Assembly: GCF_000143415.4 (NCBI RefSeq)
Contig: NW_003314340.1
Location: 317,951-381,950 of the forward strand
DNA: 64,000 bases
Reading direction: 5' to 3'
Source of the DNA: Selaginella moellendorffii
Taxonomy: Eukaryota > Plantae > Lycopodiophyta
Position 1 is the stretch's first letter. Each line of letters starts with the position of its first letter. Positions 61,147 through 64,000 of this stretch are shown piece by piece. The notes under the pieces are model-generated. The model saw only the letters and a list, made by a program, of their open reading frames with translations, searched no databases and was not told the origin of the DNA. A program made the position numbers and the translations under genes.

Positions 61147-63262
61147 TTAATGGCAGATTTTGGAGCGAGTTCTCTCTTGCAACATCTCCAGCGTCTCCTG
61201 CGCGCTGCTCGGGCAGTGGATCATCCCATTCGCACGCCACGCGATCTGGAGCTCCTCCAACTTCCGGACCGCGTCCTCGATCTCGAAATCGCAGGGCAGA
61301 TCCACCTCGCTAATGAGTACTGCCTCGCATTGTCTCTTGAGCTCCTACGTACGGTAAATCCAAAGATCACGCTCGCCCAAAACGTGTTCTTGGAGCTCCT
61401 TACCTCGGGTTTAGAGGCTGCATTGTGCTTGAGCAATCCAAAGAAGGCCACGACTGCCTCGTTCACCTGGAAAGTTATGGATTTCTATGTAAGAACTCAT
61501 GTTCTAAGCAATAGAATCTTATAGAAACACCATACCTCTTGCTGAAGAACACTGTCACACAGGCAAAGCAGTGTCGCTGGGCCAGTATCACGTTGTTTCT
61601 CATAGATCTCCTTGGAGATCAGCTTCCCATACTCAAGAACGTTGTTCTGGAAACTAGAAAACCAAGAAAACATCGTCAACTTTGCGATGAACTTTAGACT
61701 ATACTTACGTGTAGTAAACCTTGAAGGAATAGCTAAGAATCACAGCAAGGATTGAGAGGCCAAGCTTGACGCTGGATCGACCAAATGCTTCCCAGAGACC
61801 AACCTAGATCTCATTGTTTTGATGTAAAGTATTTGGGCAATCTTTGCTTACACTGGCAGCCACCGCAGAGATTGCAAGCTTAAACCACTCGATTTTTCCC
61901 AAGTGAGGTGTGGTTTTTTCGGGCTGGCAAAGAAAGATTTTGTCAATGCAGATGATCATATAACTTGAAATTTCTTGGAGCTCTTGTGATTTCTTACCAC
62001 AACTATTTCCAAGTCGGCCATTGGGATATCTTTGAAGTGTCTAACGTGAATGCCATATGTGTACTCTTGCTTTCTCAATCTAAAATATTTTTGAATCTAA
62101 ATATAAATGTTTCATAAATTTTTACCTGTACACAACCACAACTTGGCTAAATGTTGGTTCTTGTAGCTGCACTTTCTGGAAGAAATTCCTTATCCTGTTT
62201 ATAATCCATTATTAGCTTAAGACAAAGCTAGAGAGCGTAGGAATTGAAGACCCACTTAATATCCTCAATGTGGATTCTCTCAACGTACTGTATTTTGTAT
62301 TCTCCTTCTTCAATGTCCCCTGGCGCCAATTCCATTGGCGAGCTTTTGCTCCATTTCGATGTCCAACTGATTCACCAATGTATCATAAGTTTAATTGGAA
62401 CTTAAAATATCTTACAATGATTCCAGTAGAGTTCTCCACAAGCTCCACCATAACACGCTAAGCTTTGGCATAAAATAGAATCCTTTCGAGGTGTCGATCC
62501 CAACACCCCGGTGGTAAATCAAAAACTGCGATATTATTAGCATCGATGAAGTAGTGGTTAATAGTGACAAACTTACTAAGTTCTCAAACACGTTGTTTCC
62601 CCCAGGAGCATTTTGTAGCAACTGGTTGTCTAGCTTTGATAGTTTGATAGAAATAATTGATCAAACTAGAAAGAAAAAAACTCACAAGATCACATTTTTA
62701 GTACCTTGGATTTGTTGTAACCGATTTTAAACCGGAGGAGATACTTGCTGTGCTTGGCCTCACTCCACTCCTTCTCGGTTAGCTGCTGGAAATTGCATCT
62801 CTCCAAAACCTGTCCATAAAATCGATTAAAAACCCAATCGATTTGGTAGTTGGTGTGTGCATAGATCTTGATCATACGCTGTGGAAGCTCTCGAGGAACT
62901 TCTTCTCTAAATCCCTCACACCAGGCTCCGAGTCCTTGAGCTTGTTGGTTGCGTCCGTGGGATGGAAGCGTGTCTTGTGAAGTTCCTATCATGGTAACTC
63001 AGACCAATTCATGATAATGGATCGCAAGCTCACCAAAAGATCCCTTGAAGTTTTTTCATTCATCTTGGTGATGTCGTCTCTCATCACGGAGCACACATCT
63101 ATGAAAAATTGTGGCTCCTCGAGTCGATCTGTTCGTGGAGATCATGATCATGTCACACAAACTATAGCAAAACCGACTGATACCAGCTAGTTTTTGCACC
63201 AAAGTGGTGGTGTCGATCATAATCGCTGGTCCTCGCCGGACTCGCACCAATCTAGAAGACAT
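61147..63262 (-). CDS. DUF3754 / TMEM143-like protein, copy 2 (multi-exon, open frame traced throughout)
   Basis: Exon-by-exon translation: MSSRLVRV..RFHPTDA..VLERCNFQQL..YHRGVGID..QEPTFSQVVVVYR..HFKDIPMADLEIVVPEK..YEKQRDTGPATLLCLCDSVLQQEV..CDFEIEDAVRKLEEL..KICH*. Confidence 0.85.
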
Positions 63263-63604
63263 TACACAAGATAGAAATCGTGAGTTCTCAAGTAAGTACA
63301 ACCAGATCTATACTACAAGGATCGGAGCTTTCGCTACTACAAGCAAAACTTTTCAGTAGATTAATTCCTACTTAATCTCAAAGCTAGCTGAATATTCCAG
63401 TGCTAGTATTAGATTAGAAGTAAAGATTCCAGTCGATTCTCCCACAAACCGCGCTAAAACTGACGGCTCAGATCCGCCAAGTTAAACAAAGATTCCCGCG
63501 CTAAATCCGACGGCTCAGATCCATAGAGCCTTTAACGCCCGCTAAAACCGAGGGCTCAGATGGGCCAGATCGATGGCCATCTATCCAACGGCTGGGCGCT
63601 GCTT

Positions 63605-63619
63605 TTTCTAGAATGTTCC
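63605..63619 (+). promoter_or_regulatory. Heat-shock element
   Basis: TTCtaGAAtgTTC (three inverted nGAAn units) ~20 bp upstream of a TTTAAAA TATA-like box, ~70 bp before the Hsp70 ATG. Confidence 0.85.
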
Positions 63620-63688
63620 TAAGAACCAAGCCGGCCGTTTAAAAGTTCTTGTGTAGGGCTAGGGAAGAAGAGAGAGAGAGCTTTAGCT

Positions 63689-63896
63689 ATGGCAAAGGAA
63701 GGTCCGGCTGTCGGCATTGATCTGGGAACGACGTATTCTTGCGTCGGTGTGTGGCAGCATGATCGAGTGGAGATCATCGCGAATGATCAGGGTAACAGGA
63801 CGACGCCATCGTATGTGGCCTTCACCGACACGGAGCGGCTCATCGGCGATGCCGCGAAGAACCAGGTCGCCATGAATCCCATCAACACTGTCTTCG
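63689..63896 (+). CDS. HSP70: Cytosolic Hsp70, exon 1 (gene continues beyond the window)
   Basis: [37 protein letters not shown]; conserved phase-1 intron after NTVF (g|gtgagt). Confidence 0.97.
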
Positions 63897-64000
63897 GTGA
63901 GTTCCTAGTAGATCTAGCTCTCGAAAATCGCGGCTCTAGGATCTAGTTTCATGTTTCCTTCGAAATCTTAGATCTAGGATCTAGCTTGCATCTAACTTGC

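Overview
Eukaryotic plant nuclear DNA. Short GT-AG introns of about 50-60 nt, tandem PLS-class PPR genes and very compact spacing suggest a lycophyte such as Selaginella; this is inference. The first ~34 kb is a nest of transposons: a TRIM, a decayed chromovirus Ty3/gypsy, a Helitron2/Helentron Rep relic, a 10.2-kb MULE-type element (A, 8456-18688, 8-bp TSD), an LTR/gag relic, and a Sola-like element (B, ~21.6-34.2 kb). A host gene cluster follows at 35-50 kb: RING-FYVE-SYLF, two PPR genes, a WI12 relic, a HAS1/DDX18 helicase, a class II LBD and a DUF3754 gene. After that come a decayed full-length IS3EU-like element (53371-60093), a second DUF3754 gene and the first exon of cytosolic Hsp70. 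Main discovery candidate: elements A and B have unrelated transposases, yet each carries, head-to-head with its transposase, a spliced gene for a ParB/Srx-like domain followed by a beta-class N4/N6 DNA-methyltransferase-like domain, with DFxN in place of the catalytic DPPY. In B this gene also ends in an FCP1-like HAD phosphatase domain. Element B, and apparently nothing else in the window, carries about 24 copies of a 22-bp palindrome (ATGGCATGAGG|CCTCATGCCAT) concentrated in introns. The arrangement suggests a ParB/parS-like, transposon-encoded self-recognition or anti-silencing system. All domain calls were made by eye from motifs; no database searches were run.
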